DNA of 63,864 bases, filler included. It is 8 parts of 8 records of this genome, joined end to end, with 100 filler letters (N's around TTAATTAATTAA, not from the genome) between each part and the next. Parts side by side here need not be neighbours in the genome. Positions count along the whole stretch, not along the records: positions 27,047 to 42,069 come from SRR31156797_42711; positions 42,170 to 49,886 come from SRR31156797_42728; 6 more parts are not named here. One strand, given 5' to 3'. The notes beneath the pieces were generated by a model that was not told where the DNA came from, ran no database searches, and saw only the letters and a program-made list of their open reading frames with translations. A program made the translations under genes and the position numbers. Positions 38,230 to 48,593 of this stretch are shown piece by piece (position 1 is the stretch's first letter; every line of letters starts with the position of its first letter).

Positions 38230-38315
38230 AATCAGTAATCTCATATGGAACCGGAGAATTCAAGCGCAAGTCAATTGCGACTTCGGATTGTTCTCGTAGG
38301 ATCTTCTTATCGCAG

Positions 38316-38984
38316 TTATGCGGCGCCAAACCCGGGAATGCGAAGGCGTCGTTCCAGGTGCCGAAGCAAAAAGGTCGCTATAGTCACAAGCGCCAGATAA
38401 TAAAGCCCGGCGATAAAAAAGGTCTCCGTGAAGCGATAGGTCTCGGAAGCGACGCCGACCGCATGATTGAACAATTCCATGCAGGTGATAACGAAGGCCA
38501 GGGACGAATACTTGATCAGGTAGATGATCTCGTTGCTGCACCCCGGAAGGGCGCGGCGCACCGCCTGCGGCACGACGATCCAGACCAATGTCTTGAAGGT
38601 ACTGAAGCCCAAGGCGTGCGCTGCCCGGAACTGGCCCTGTTTGGTCGCCAGCAGGCTGCCGCGGATATATTCGGAATGATAGGCGCCGCTGCACAAAATG
38701 AAACCGACCAAGGCAGCGCTGTAGGGGTCCAATGCAATACCGACCTTCGGGAGCCCGTAATAAATGAAAAACAACTGCAAAACCAGCGGCGTTCCGCGGA
38801 ACAGGGCGGCATATCCATTCGACACCCTCTTGACCCATCCCCGTGCATGGGTTCGCAGGCTGCCGACGACAATTCCCAACAACAGGCCCAAAACCGCCGA
38901 TGGCACGATGAGCTGAAAGCTCAACAACAAGCCGTTGTTAAGGGTCGGGACGACCCTTTCCGAATAGAAGGCGAAATTCTCCAT
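38316..38984 (-). CDS. Polar amino acid ABC transporter permease
   Basis: FRGTPL, AY.SEYIRG and IKYSSL motifs. Confidence 0.92.
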   Translation of the reverse strand: MENFAFYSERVVPTLNNGLLLSFQLIVPSAVLGLLLGIVVGSLRTHARGWVKRVSNGYAALFRGTPLVLQLFFIYYGLPKVGIALDPYSAALVGFILCSGAYHSEYIRGSLLATKQGQFRAAHALGFSTFKTLVWIVVPQAVRRALPGCSNEIIYLIKYSSLAFVITCMELFNHAVGVASETYRFTETFFIAGLYYLALVTIATFLLRHLERRLRIPGFGAA

Positions 38985-38991
38985 CCCGCCC

Positions 38992-39753
38992 TCACTGAAG
39001 ATCGGAAAGGTGGTTGGAAAATTCCAATGACCGGGTTCCCGACCCTGGCGCCAGAAGATCGACTGGGCGTCCTTGTTCGATGATCTCTCCTTCCTGCATG
39101 AAGACGATCTCGTCTGCTATGGTCCGGGCGAAGCCGACCTGATGGGTGGCCATGACCATGGTCATGCCGGCGGCGCGCAAATCCCGGATGACGTTCAAAA
39201 CCTCGCCGACCAGCTGTGGATCCAGTGCCGACGTCGGTTCGTCCAGCATGATCACCTGCGGGTCCATGGCCAGCGCCCGGGCGATCGAAACGCGTTGTTT
39301 CTGTCCGCCCGACAGCTCGGCCGGGTAATGTTCGGCGCGGTCCTGAAGACCGACCCGGGCCAGTTCCTGTCGGGCCCGTTCCTGGGCCTCCTTCTTGTGG
39401 ATGTGCTTCACCTTGCGAAGCGCGATCGACACATTCTCCTGTGCTGTCAGGTGGTCGAACAGATTGAAGTCCTGGAAGATCATGCCGACCTGCTGGCGGA
39501 GCGCGTAGAGCTCTCTTTTCGACCGCGTATTGATCTCTCTTCCATCCAGGAAATGGCTGCCGGCGTCGGGTTCGATCAGGTGGTTCATGCATTGAAGGAA
39601 GGTGCTTTTGCCGCCGCCCGACGGTCCGATCAGCACCTTCAGTTCGCCCTTGTGCAGGCTCAGCGACACCGACTTCAGAATGGCGGTGCCGTTGAAGGCC
39701 TTGCAGATGCCCTCGACGCGGAAAACCGGTTCGTTTTTGTTCGTATCGTTCAT
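38992..39753 (-). CDS. Polar amino acid ABC transporter ATP-binding protein
   Basis: GPSGGGKS, LSGGQKQRV and DEPTSALDP motifs. Confidence 0.94.
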   Translation of the reverse strand: MNDTNKNEPVFRVEGICKAFNGTAILKSVSLSLHKGELKVLIGPSGGGKSTFLQCMNHLIEPDAGSHFLDGREINTRSKRELYALRQQVGMIFQDFNLFDHLTAQENVSIALRKVKHIHKKEAQERARQELARVGLQDRAEHYPAELSGGQKQRVSIARALAMDPQVIMLDEPTSALDPQLVGEVLNVIRDLRAAGMTMVMATHQVGFARTIADEIVFMQEGEIIEQGRPVDLLAPGSGTRSLEFSNHLSDLQ

Positions 39754-39754
39754 T

Positions 39755-40426
39755 TCAGGTCGTTCCATAACCGCGTATCGCAACCTTACTCTCAAGCGCC
39801 TGGAGAGCTCTGATTCCCGCCCAGGTAAGGGCGATGTAAAGAAGTGCCGCCAGTGCATAGAGCGTCATGTGTTCGTATGTTCTGGAGGCAACAAAGTGGG
39901 TTCGCGCCATGATATCCAGCGTTCCCAGCACAAACGCCAGCGCCGAGTCTTTCAACAAGATCGAATACTCGTTCGACCAGCCGGGAAGGGACAGGCGCAG
40001 AGCCTGTGGCAGAATGATGAGGCGGATGGTCTGGCTATCGCTCATGCCGACCGCACTGGCGGCCCGGAACTGACCGTGCGACAGCGTCAGGATAGACCCC
40101 CGGAAAATCTGCGATTGGTAGGCACCGCTGGCCAAGCCCAACACCACCGCCGTCGCCGTCAGGGGATCCACATTCAGGCCAACCAGCGGGAATAGTCCGA
40201 AATAGAACATGAACATGAGAACCAGAATCGGTGTCCCGCGGAAATACCAGACGTAAATGCTGGCCATCCACCCGAGCATCTTGTGGCCATAGACCTGGGC
40301 GACCGCCAGCGGAACGCCAATGACCAATCCCAGCGCCATGCCGCCGACCACGGCCGTCACCGTTACCCCGACCCCGCCGAGCAGGTAGGGGATGGCGTTG
40401 ATCATGACATCAAGGGTTTCCAGCAT
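39755..40426 (-). CDS. Polar amino acid ABC transporter permease
   Basis: FRGTP, AYQSQIFRG and LKDSAL motifs. Confidence 0.92.
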   Translation of the reverse strand: MLETLDVMINAIPYLLGGVGVTVTAVVGGMALGLVIGVPLAVAQVYGHKMLGWMASIYVWYFRGTPILVLMFMFYFGLFPLVGLNVDPLTATAVVLGLASGAYQSQIFRGSILTLSHGQFRAASAVGMSDSQTIRLIILPQALRLSLPGWSNEYSILLKDSALAFVLGTLDIMARTHFVASRTYEHMTLYALAALLYIALTWAGIRALQALESKVAIRGYGTT

Positions 40427-40540
40427 TCCGTTCCTTTATGGCGACGTCGCCCGGTATTGATCTCGGCCAAAAAAAGGTGAAGGCGCGGACGGTCTTGGCC
40501 GCGCCTTGCACCCTGTTTATTCCCGAAATGGGATTGGTTC

Positions 40541-41281
40541 TTACGGCTCGTACTTTTCGAGCAGTTCTTTCCAGTACGGATCCTTGCGAAGCATCTTGTA
40601 GCCGTCATTGAGCTTCTGATGGATGTCCGTATCGGCTGGGCGGGTGGCGCAGCCATAGGCATCGACATCGCCGAAGGCGGCGACGATCTTGACCGGCTTC
40701 TTCTCCATTGCGTCCTTGGCAGGCGCGTCGTTCATGGCGGCGGCATCGATGCGGCCGTTGAGAACGTCCTCGACCGACATCGGCGCCGAATCGTACAGGC
40801 GGAACTTAAAGTTCCAGCCCTTTTCCTTCATCGTGTCCTGAAGCCATTTCAGCTCCGACGTGCCCTGCTGAACGCCCAGGGTGATCCCGCCGGTGAGAAT
40901 CTGCTCCTCGGTGATCGTCGAATCCTTCTTGGCGACGAACTGGTTGCGGTGTTCCCAGTAGGGATCCGTGAAGTTGACGACTTTGGCGCGTTCGGCGGTA
41001 ATCGTCATGCCCGAGCAGATGAAGTCGATCTTTTTGGCGACCAGGTTCGGGATGATGCCTTCCCAGGCCACCGGCTGATGCGTGACCTCGAAGCCCATCT
41101 TCTTGGCGATCCAGTCGACGGCGTCGACGTCGAATCCGCTCGGCTTGCCCGACTTGTCGACATAGGCGAACGGCGGGAAATTGGCGTCGATACCGTTGAT
41201 CAGGGTTTTACCGATGGCCGGGCTGTTGAGCGCGGCCAGCGCAACGATGCCAGCCGTGATGGCGGCGATTTTTTTGATCAT
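40541..41281 (-). CDS. Polar amino acid ABC transporter substrate-binding protein
   Basis: Signal peptide, FPPF, GFDVD, MTITAER and GVQQGT motifs. Confidence 0.93.
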   Translation of the reverse strand: MIKKIAAITAGIVALAALNSPAIGKTLINGIDANFPPFAYVDKSGKPSGFDVDAVDWIAKKMGFEVTHQPVAWEGIIPNLVAKKIDFICSGMTITAERAKVVNFTDPYWEHRNQFVAKKDSTITEEQILTGGITLGVQQGTSELKWLQDTMKEKGWNFKFRLYDSAPMSVEDVLNGRIDAAAMNDAPAKDAMEKKPVKIVAAFGDVDAYGCATRPADTDIHQKLNDGYKMLRKDPYWKELLEKYEP

Positions 41282-41497
41282 GACCCTCTATCACTCCCAA
41301 GTTTTTTTGCGGACGGACATTATCGCCTAAAAAGACGAAAATCAAACGAAGGCGGTATTTTGCATGCCATCGCCCAAAGCGCCGTATGGGTTAAGACCGT
41401 CGCCGGAGTTTCGGCGGCAAGACTATGGGCGAAACGGCGGCCAATATGCTCTAATCGGATGAACCAGACCTTCACGGCAAAAAACAAGGGGGGAAAA

Positions 41498-42069
41498 ATG
41501 AAGGGTGTTGATGCAATCGCCCGGATTCTAAAGGCTGAGGGCGTCGAGTTCTTTACCTGTTTTCCGATGAATCCGATTCTGGATGCCGCCGCAAATCTCG
41601 AAATTCGGCCGGTCGTGGCACGCAACGAGCGCGTTGCGCTGAACATGGCCGACGGCATTTCGCGTATGAGCGGCGGCCGCCGTATCGGCGTTTCCGTCGT
41701 CCAGTACGGACCCGGTACCGAGAACGCCTTTGCCGGAGTTGCCGAAGCCTTCGCCGATTCGACGCCGATTCTCGTCCTTGCCGGTGCCAACGAACGCTCG
41801 ACCCTGGGCGTTTCACCGAACTTCAATTCGGGTCGCAACTACCGCTGCATTTCGAAATGGTCGGAAAGCGTAACCGATATCGATCGCATCCCGCAGATGA
41901 TGCAGCGGGCCTTTTCGCTGTTGCGATCGGGCAAAGGCGGACCGGTGGTGCTGGAGTTTCCCCAAGACATCATGGGTGCCGAATTTCCGGATGGCGATTT
42001 CGAATACCATTCGACGGCACCTTCCCGCCCGGCACCCGATGCAGGCGAAGTTTCTGTATTGCTTGATCG
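41498..42069 (+). CDS. Thiamine pyrophosphate-requiring enzyme (3' truncated)
   Basis: ILKAEGVE, ER.A..MADG, QYGPG.EN and GPV.LE.P.D motifs. Confidence 0.85.
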
Positions 42070-42169
42070 NNNNNNNNNNNNNNNNNNNNNNNNNNNNNNN
42101 NNNNNNNNNNNNNTTAATTAATTAANNNNNNNNNNNNNNNNNNNNNNNNNNNNNNNNNNNNNNNNNNNN
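42070..42169. other. Artificial contig spacer
   Basis: N-run with TTAATTAATTAA. Confidence 0.99.
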
Positions 42170-42271
42170 CGCGCGAGGGGTGGAACAACCCCGCATTAAT
42201 GGTGTTTCTTAATATTACGGAGACTGGAAAAAATAACCATTTATGGACTGACACTATTTAACGGATCTTTT

Positions 42272-44068
42272 ATGGAATTTAGTATAGCCCTGCGAAAACA
42301 ATACTTAATCGCCCTGGCCCTGGCCTTGGCGGTCTTTTTGCTGTTTTCGCCGGCCGCATCTGCTGAAGAACCGGGAGATTTAAAATACACCGCCAATATT
42401 GAAGGCGTTGAAGATGAAGAACTGACACAACTGATTATGGCGGTTTCAGACGCTTATAAGTACAAGGACCGGAAGACGGCTTCTTTGAGCATGCTTCGCC
42501 GCCGGCTTAAAAATGATTTACCGAATATAACAAAGGCGCTTCATTCCAGGGGATACTTCAAGTCTGAAATTAATTTTGAAATCGATACTGAAGCAAAACC
42601 CATCGCCGTAACATTTAAAATCGATTTAGGGCCGCGCTTTCTTTTTAAGGAAATATCCCTCAAACTGGATGAAAAGGCGGATGAGCGGCCGGCCTTGCCG
42701 ACGCCGGAAAAAATAGGCCTTGAAAAAGACGGCCCGTTCCGGTCCGGCAAAGTTCTGGACGCTCAAAAGGAAATTATCAGTTACCTGGGCGACAGGGGAT
42801 ATCCTCTGGCAAAGGTGACCGGCAGGCGGGTGCTGGCCGATCATGCCGACGACGCTATCAGTGTATACTTTAAAATAGATCCCGGCCCCAAGGCCTGGTT
42901 CGGCCCGACTGAAATTACCGGCCTGACGACCGTTGAAAAAACAGTGATAAACCGGAATGTCGCCTGGCAGGAAGGCGATCTTTTCAAAAAGAATTTGCTG
43001 ACCAGGGCCAGGACTAAAATAATGCAAACCGGACTATTTTCCATGTTGGCTGTATCGCCTGGAGAAATTAAAGAAGACGGCCGGCTCCCGGTTCTGATCG
43101 ACCTCAGGGAAAGAAAACATCGAACGATCAGGGCCGGATTGGGATACCAGACGGACAGCGGCCCTGAAGTCCGCTTCAAATGGGAACACCGCAATTATTT
43201 TGGCGAAGGCGAAAACCTGTTTGTATCATTGCTGGCCAATGAAATTAAGCAGGAACTAAAGAGCGGGCTTACAATACCCTATTTTCATCACCCCAAACAG
43301 ACCCTGACCATTGACGCCTCGCTTACCAATGAAGATTCAAACGCCTATAAGAAAGTTGAAGGGAAAACCTCGGCCATTGTCGAAAGGATGTTATCAAAGA
43401 CGACCAAGGTCGGTTTGGGCGCGGGGTATAAACTGAGTCAGCTTGAAGAAGATGATGAAACATACGGCTTCCTCTATTTTCCGGCCTTATTCAATTATGA
43501 CAGCCGGGACGACCTGCTCGATCCGAAGAAGGGAATTGGATTCAATATATGGGCGGCTCCGCACATGGACACGTTGGGCAGTGATGTTACTTTTGTAAAA
43601 TTTCAGTCAACCGTTACCAATTACTGGGAAGTAGTAAAACCGGGCAGGACGATCCTGGCTTTCCGCTTTCTTTTCGCCACTATCCAGGGCGCCTCGTTAA
43701 GCGACGTGCCCAGCAATGAAAGGCTGTACGCCGGCGGCGGCGGGTCTATCAGAGGGTATGCCTATCAATCCGCCGGCGACCTGGTCGACAAGGATCCTGT
43801 GGGCGGCTTGTCCAAGCTGGAATTATCCGGAGAAATCAGGTACAGGTTCTCGGAATCAATGGGCGTGACCGCGTTTTTGGATGGAGGGCGTAGTTTTGAC
43901 ACCGAATTCCTGGACCTGGAACAGGAACTATTTTGGGGCGCAGGACTCGGATTCCGGTATTACACCCCCATCGGGCCGATCAGGCTGGATGTGGCCGTTC
44001 CCCTGGACAGACGTGAAGGTTTCGATGATTCCTATCAAATATACGTCAGTATAGGCCAGTCATTCTAG
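42272..44068 (+). CDS. tamA: Autotransporter assembly complex protein TamA (Omp85 family)
   Basis: POTRA-like N-terminus, YAGGGGSIRGY, TPIGPIRLD and C-terminal SIGQSF. Confidence 0.92.
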   Translation: MEFSIALRKQYLIALALALAVFLLFSPAASAEEPGDLKYTANIEGVEDEELTQLIMAVSDAYKYKDRKTASLSMLRRRLKNDLPNITKALHSRGYFKSEINFEIDTEAKPIAVTFKIDLGPRFLFKEISLKLDEKADERPALPTPEKIGLEKDGPFRSGKVLDAQKEIISYLGDRGYPLAKVTGRRVLADHADDAISVYFKIDPGPKAWFGPTEITGLTTVEKTVINRNVAWQEGDLFKKNLLTRARTKIMQTGLFSMLAVSPGEIKEDGRLPVLIDLRERKHRTIRAGLGYQTDSGPEVRFKWEHRNYFGEGENLFVSLLANEIKQELKSGLTIPYFHHPKQTLTIDASLTNEDSNAYKKVEGKTSAIVERMLSKTTKVGLGAGYKLSQLEEDDETYGFLYFPALFNYDSRDDLLDPKKGIGFNIWAAPHMDTLGSDVTFVKFQSTVTNYWEVVKPGRTILAFRFLFATIQGASLSDVPSNERLYAGGGGSIRGYAYQSAGDLVDKDPVGGLSKLELSGEIRYRFSESMGVTAFLDGGRSFDTEFLDLEQELFWGAGLGFRYYTPIGPIRLDVAVPLDRREGFDDSYQIYVSIGQSF

Positions 44069-44069
44069 T

Positions 44070-47000
44070 ATGACCGACGGTGTGAAAAAAAAATCCCTGG
44101 CCTGGCGGGCGGGCCGCATCGCCATCGGGCTTTTTATTGCCGCAATTGCTTTTATTTTACTTGCCCTGGCCGCCCTGCAAACCGGTTATGTAAAAAAGCG
44201 CCTGGCTAATACAATATCCCACTTGGCTTCAAGCGAAAATTTCAAGCTCGAACTTGAAGGTCTTGACGGCGCCTTGCCCTGGAGCATCCGGCTGGACAAG
44301 TTGATTCTGGCCGATAAAGAAGGGGAGTGGCTGACCGGGGCTGATCTGAAAATAGATTGGGAAATGAAGGCTATTTTAAGGGGCCGATTATCCTTTTCCT
44401 TAATAGGGGCGGATGAACTTGTCTTTCATCGGCCGCCTCAAAGTGAAGAAAAGAAGGAAGAAAGCAAACCGTTCAGCCTGGACGACCTTTATCTGCCGCC
44501 GGTTTCCATAGGCGAACTTTCCGTAAAACAATTCAGAACAATGTATCCCGAAGGGGTGCCCCGTGATTTTTCCATAAAAGGCGGGCTTGAATCAGGTACC
44601 GAAAAGGCCCATGTGAAATTGGCCGTGATCGGTCTGGACGGACCAGCGGATGAACTGAATGTTGCGGCCGGCCTTGCCGGAAAGCCGGCTGAATTATCCG
44701 TCCGTGCGGTTTTTAAGGAAGAACCAGAAGGTATAATAGGAAAACTTCTTTTTCCCGATGTAAAGACGCCCGTGGATGTTGAACTGACTGGAAAAGGCCC
44801 CCTCGAAGATTGGAGCGGCCGTCTGAAAGTGGATATCCCGGAATTCGGCCTTTTAAAAACCGCCATAACCATGGCTAAAGCGGAAGGCCTGGCTTTGGGT
44901 TTGAAAGGCGATCTTGAAGCTGAAAAGGTAATTCCCCCTAAACTGTTCGAACATACCGGAGGTAAGGTTGAATTCGATATCAAGGCTGGTTTAAGCGAAA
45001 AAAATCTGCTGACCATTGACCATTTCAAGGTTTCAAATGAAAAAATACAGGCAGGATTAAGCGGCCGGCTCGACCTGGAAACCGACGCCGTTGATGCTTC
45101 TTTATCTTTAAAATCCGAAACCTTGCCGGCCCTGGCCTCTAAATACGGCGTCGCTTTGGATGCGACCCCGGAAGTTAAAGTTCACGCAACCGGAACCATT
45201 GACCAACCTGAAGTCCAATTATTAACCGGGACATCTAAAGTTGGTTACGATGGGCGGTCTGTTGAAAATTCAAAAATAGCATTGGCTGTCTCATTGCCGG
45301 CTGCTCTCAACAAAGGATTTTCAGGCCTTATAGCGTCCGGAAAAATATCTCTTAATGGACTGGTCGTTCCCGAGGCGCAAATTCAAAACCAGGGTCTGGA
45401 TATTGAATTTACTGCATCAAGTGAAAAATTCGATCGAATCATGATTCAAAAGCTTTCTTTGGACGGCTGCGGTCTAAAGGCGAATATCAATGGTGATTTT
45501 TGGGTTGAAGGCTTGAAGCTGGACGCCCGGGCCGGGATTGCCGTCCCGGAAATCAAACAAATAGGGCCTGTAGCCGCGACCGGTCTGTCCGGAAGCGTGG
45601 TATTGGAAGCCGACGTAAGAGGAAACCTGGATGAACCGGACCTGTCCTTTGATATTAAGACTGATGTATCAAGCCTGGGCGGCTTGCCCGAACAGGCCTT
45701 GATAATGGCCGGTAAGGACATCAGCTTGAAAAGTAGGGGCAGGTTCAAGGGGGGCGTGGTTGAATTGCCTTCAGTGGAAATCAATGGGGCTTCAACTTTA
45801 ACCGCTAACGGCCGAGTCGACCTGAATATGAAAGGGCTCAACCTTGACTGGCGTCTTCAGGCCCCGAAACTCCCTGTTCTGGTAGATAAATACGGCCTTA
45901 AAATATCGGGAATAAAACCAATCCAGGGAAAAATTAACGGATCGTTTGATAAATTCGCCCTGGAAACGAAGATATCCTGCGCGGGCCTTGCCTACGACAA
46001 ATTGCAGTTTCAAAACTTAAGCGCCGGCATCAAGGCCGGGATCGCGTCGGGCAATGTAAACGGCAATCTGGCTTTAAAAGCTCTAAGCGGAAAGGAAAAA
46101 ATCAACTTATCAACTAAATTTACGGTCAGTGAATCAAAAGCGGGCGTCAGTGAACTCAAGTTGAATGTTCCGGGAACCAGGGTATCGGCGGATTTGTCCA
46201 TGGCCCTGAAATCAAAGCTCGCTGACGGTCGGGCCCGGTTAAAATCCAATGATCTGGCCGGCCTGTATTTTCTGACCGGGCAAAGACTGGCCGGATCAGC
46301 AGAAATAAAAATCGATCTAAAAGGCAAAAGCGGGCGGCAGAGCGCGGATGTTTCTTTGGCCGCCGGCGCCCTGGCCTGGAATGATCTGGATATCAGGAAA
46401 ATATCACTGCAAGGATCTTCAGGCGATCTATATAATCCGGCCGCAGCCAGGGGAAAATTGAAAATAAACGGATGCAGGTACGCCGAATACGACCTGAAGA
46501 CGGTCCGGGCCGACCTGACCGGCAGCGGCCGGGGCGCGGCTTTTAAAATCAAGGCCCGCGGCAAGGCCTTGAAACCTTTTAGCCTTGATACAAGGGGCGA
46601 GATATCAGTAGACAGGCAAGATGTTGAATTAACACTAAAATCACTGTCCGGCGCCTTTGGAGATCAGCGTTTTAAAATGAAAAAGACAGCCAAACTGTCA
46701 ACCGGCGGCGGAAGATCGAGGATTGAAAACCTTGATTTTCGGCTGGGAACCGGTTCCTTGATAGGCAGCGGGGAACTGTCTCCCAAGACAGTCAAGGCGA
46801 ACTTTAAATTGAAAAAAATCCCCCTCTCCTTAACCAGGGGGCTCAGCCCGGTTAACTTGAGCGGCAGGATTGACGGGTCGCTGTCTGTCAGCGGCCCGCC
46901 CGGGAAGCCGGATATAAAGGCCGGCCTCAAAGTCAAAAAGCTCAAGCCTTCCACTGAAGACTTGTCGTTTCCTGAAACAGACCTGGCTGTGGAATTGGAC

Positions 47001-48413
47001 TGGCGCGGGCAAACCATGTCCGTGCGGGCGAATTTGACCGGCCTGGGCAGAGAACCCGGACAAGTGGAAGTATCCCTGCCGGCCGCCCTGAGTCTGCAGC
47101 CCTTTTCATTTCAATTGAATGAAAAGGGGCCGCTAAGCGGAAAAGCGGTGCTCGGGCTTAACCTGGCCATGCTTTCGGATGTCATCGGGCTTGACGGCCA
47201 GGAAATAAAGGGGCAGGCTAACCTGGATGTTTCAATCGGCGGTTCCGTGGCCGCACCCATGCCGTCAGGCAGTATTTCAATTAAAGACTGCCGGTATGAA
47301 AACTTCATAACCGGCACGGTTCTGGAAAACGCGACTGCTGAAATGTCGGCCCGGGATTATAAATTTGTAGTCGACAAGCTTACCGCCACGGACGGGGACA
47401 AGGGCCGGTTGAACGGCAGTGGATCGTTCGGATTCGATCCGAAAGGCAAATTCCCATTTGAGATAAGGCTGGATATGGATCATGCTTACCTGGTTCGTCT
47501 GGATGTGATCTCCGCCGCCGGAACCGGTTTTGTCGCTTTAAAGGGCAACTCCGAGAGAGCTGACGTTCAGGGAAAGATAACCATTGACCCGGCCGAAGTT
47601 AATATACCGGATCAACTGCCCCCCGGAATAACCGACCTTGAAGTAGAAGAAATCAATAAAAAGGACGGCAAGCCGGCCAAAACCAAAAAAAAGAAACAGG
47701 GCTCGTTCGGGCTTGGCCTGGATTTGAGAGTGGATGTACCGGGGCGTTTTTTCGTTCGAGGCCGGGGCCTGGAATCCGAATGGAAAGGAAACGTGACCCT
47801 GACCGGAACCTCGGAAAAATACTCTGTCCGGGGCGAACTGGATATTATAAAAGGCCGTTTCAATTTTTTGGACCGTTTGTTCAATCTTGAAGAAGGAACC
47901 CTGTCCCTGGCCGGCGGTTCTCCTCCGTCCCCATTTATCAATGTGAAAGGCAAGACCAAATTCAGCGACATCACGGCTGAAGTTACCCTTTCCGGCCCCG
48001 TGGAAAAACCGGAAATAAAACTGGAATCAGACCCTGCTCTCCCCCAGGACGAGATATTGGCCCGGATTCTTTTCGGACGTTCCATGGATACCATGACCCC
48101 GATTCAGGCCATTCAACTGGCCCAGGCGGTCAGAACCCTTACCGGCGGCGGAGGGCCGGGCATAATGGACAAGACCAGGAAAGTTCTCGGTGTGGACCGC
48201 CTTGAGCTTAAACAGGGCGAACAGGGCGGGACCGCGGTTGGCGTGGGCAAGTATCTTAATGAAAAAGTGTATGTGGAAGCGGAAAAGGATTTGGATAAGG
48301 GCGGAGACAAGATTACAGTGGAAATTGAACTCAGCCCCGAATTCAGCCTGGAAAGCGAAGTCGGTTCCGACAGCCGGGGCGGCGTCATGTTCAACTGGAA
48401 GCACGATTACTAA
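44070..48413 (+). CDS. tamB: Translocation/assembly module TamB
   Basis: 1447 aa, N-terminal TM, repetitive beta-rich body and DUF490-like C-terminus (S.P.LPQDEILA..LFG, GKYL). Confidence 0.9.
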   Translation: MTDGVKKKSLAWRAGRIAIGLFIAAIAFILLALAALQTGYVKKRLANTISHLASSENFKLELEGLDGALPWSIRLDKLILADKEGEWLTGADLKIDWEMKAILRGRLSFSLIGADELVFHRPPQSEEKKEESKPFSLDDLYLPPVSIGELSVKQFRTMYPEGVPRDFSIKGGLESGTEKAHVKLAVIGLDGPADELNVAAGLAGKPAELSVRAVFKEEPEGIIGKLLFPDVKTPVDVELTGKGPLEDWSGRLKVDIPEFGLLKTAITMAKAEGLALGLKGDLEAEKVIPPKLFEHTGGKVEFDIKAGLSEKNLLTIDHFKVSNEKIQAGLSGRLDLETDAVDASLSLKSETLPALASKYGVALDATPEVKVHATGTIDQPEVQLLTGTSKVGYDGRSVENSKIALAVSLPAALNKGFSGLIASGKISLNGLVVPEAQIQNQGLDIEFTASSEKFDRIMIQKLSLDGCGLKANINGDFWVEGLKLDARAGIAVPEIKQIGPVAATGLSGSVVLEADVRGNLDEPDLSFDIKTDVSSLGGLPEQALIMAGKDISLKSRGRFKGGVVELPSVEINGASTLTANGRVDLNMKGLNLDWRLQAPKLPVLVDKYGLKISGIKPIQGKINGSFDKFALETKISCAGLAYDKLQFQNLSAGIKAGIASGNVNGNLALKALSGKEKINLSTKFTVSESKAGVSELKLNVPGTRVSADLSMALKSKLADGRARLKSNDLAGLYFLTGQRLAGSAEIKIDLKGKSGRQSADVSLAAGALAWNDLDIRKISLQGSSGDLYNPAAARGKLKINGCRYAEYDLKTVRADLTGSGRGAAFKIKARGKALKPFSLDTRGEISVDRQDVELTLKSLSGAFGDQRFKMKKTAKLSTGGGRSRIENLDFRLGTGSLIGSGELSPKTVKANFKLKKIPLSLTRGLSPVNLSGRIDGSLSVSGPPGKPDIKAGLKVKKLKPSTEDLSFPETDLAVELDWRGQTMSVRANLTGLGREPGQVEVSLPAALSLQPFSFQLNEKGPLSGKAVLGLNLAMLSDVIGLDGQEIKGQANLDVSIGGSVAAPMPSGSISIKDCRYENFITGTVLENATAEMSARDYKFVVDKLTATDGDKGRLNGSGSFGFDPKGKFPFEIRLDMDHAYLVRLDVISAAGTGFVALKGNSERADVQGKITIDPAEVNIPDQLPPGITDLEVEEINKKDGKPAKTKKKKQGSFGLGLDLRVDVPGRFFVRGRGLESEWKGNVTLTGTSEKYSVRGELDIIKGRFNFLDRLFNLEEGTLSLAGGSPPSPFINVKGKTKFSDITAEVTLSGPVEKPEIKLESDPALPQDEILARILFGRSMDTMTPIQAIQLAQAVRTLTGGGGPGIMDKTRKVLGVDRLELKQGEQGGTAVGVGKYLNEKVYVEAEKDLDKGGDKITVEIELSPEFSLESEVGSDSRGGVMFNWKHDY

Positions 48414-48593
48414 TTGGCCGGGTTACGTAAATCAACTTATTCTTGTCATAGTGAGTCCTTTATCCCTATTCCCTATTGACGATTTGCTTCCCCCGGTATA
48501 ACAGAATAATAACGGCCTGAATGGGACCGCATGACCGGATCCAGCGGATGCACATCCGGTAAAAATATAAGAAGAGGATTTTTAAGACGCCCC

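Noticed and set aside
40619-41497. 500-aa ORF seeming to fuse an unknown domain to the TPP enzyme
   Set aside because: The upstream part is the antisense shadow of the SBP gene. The real start is ATG 41498 with an RBS.
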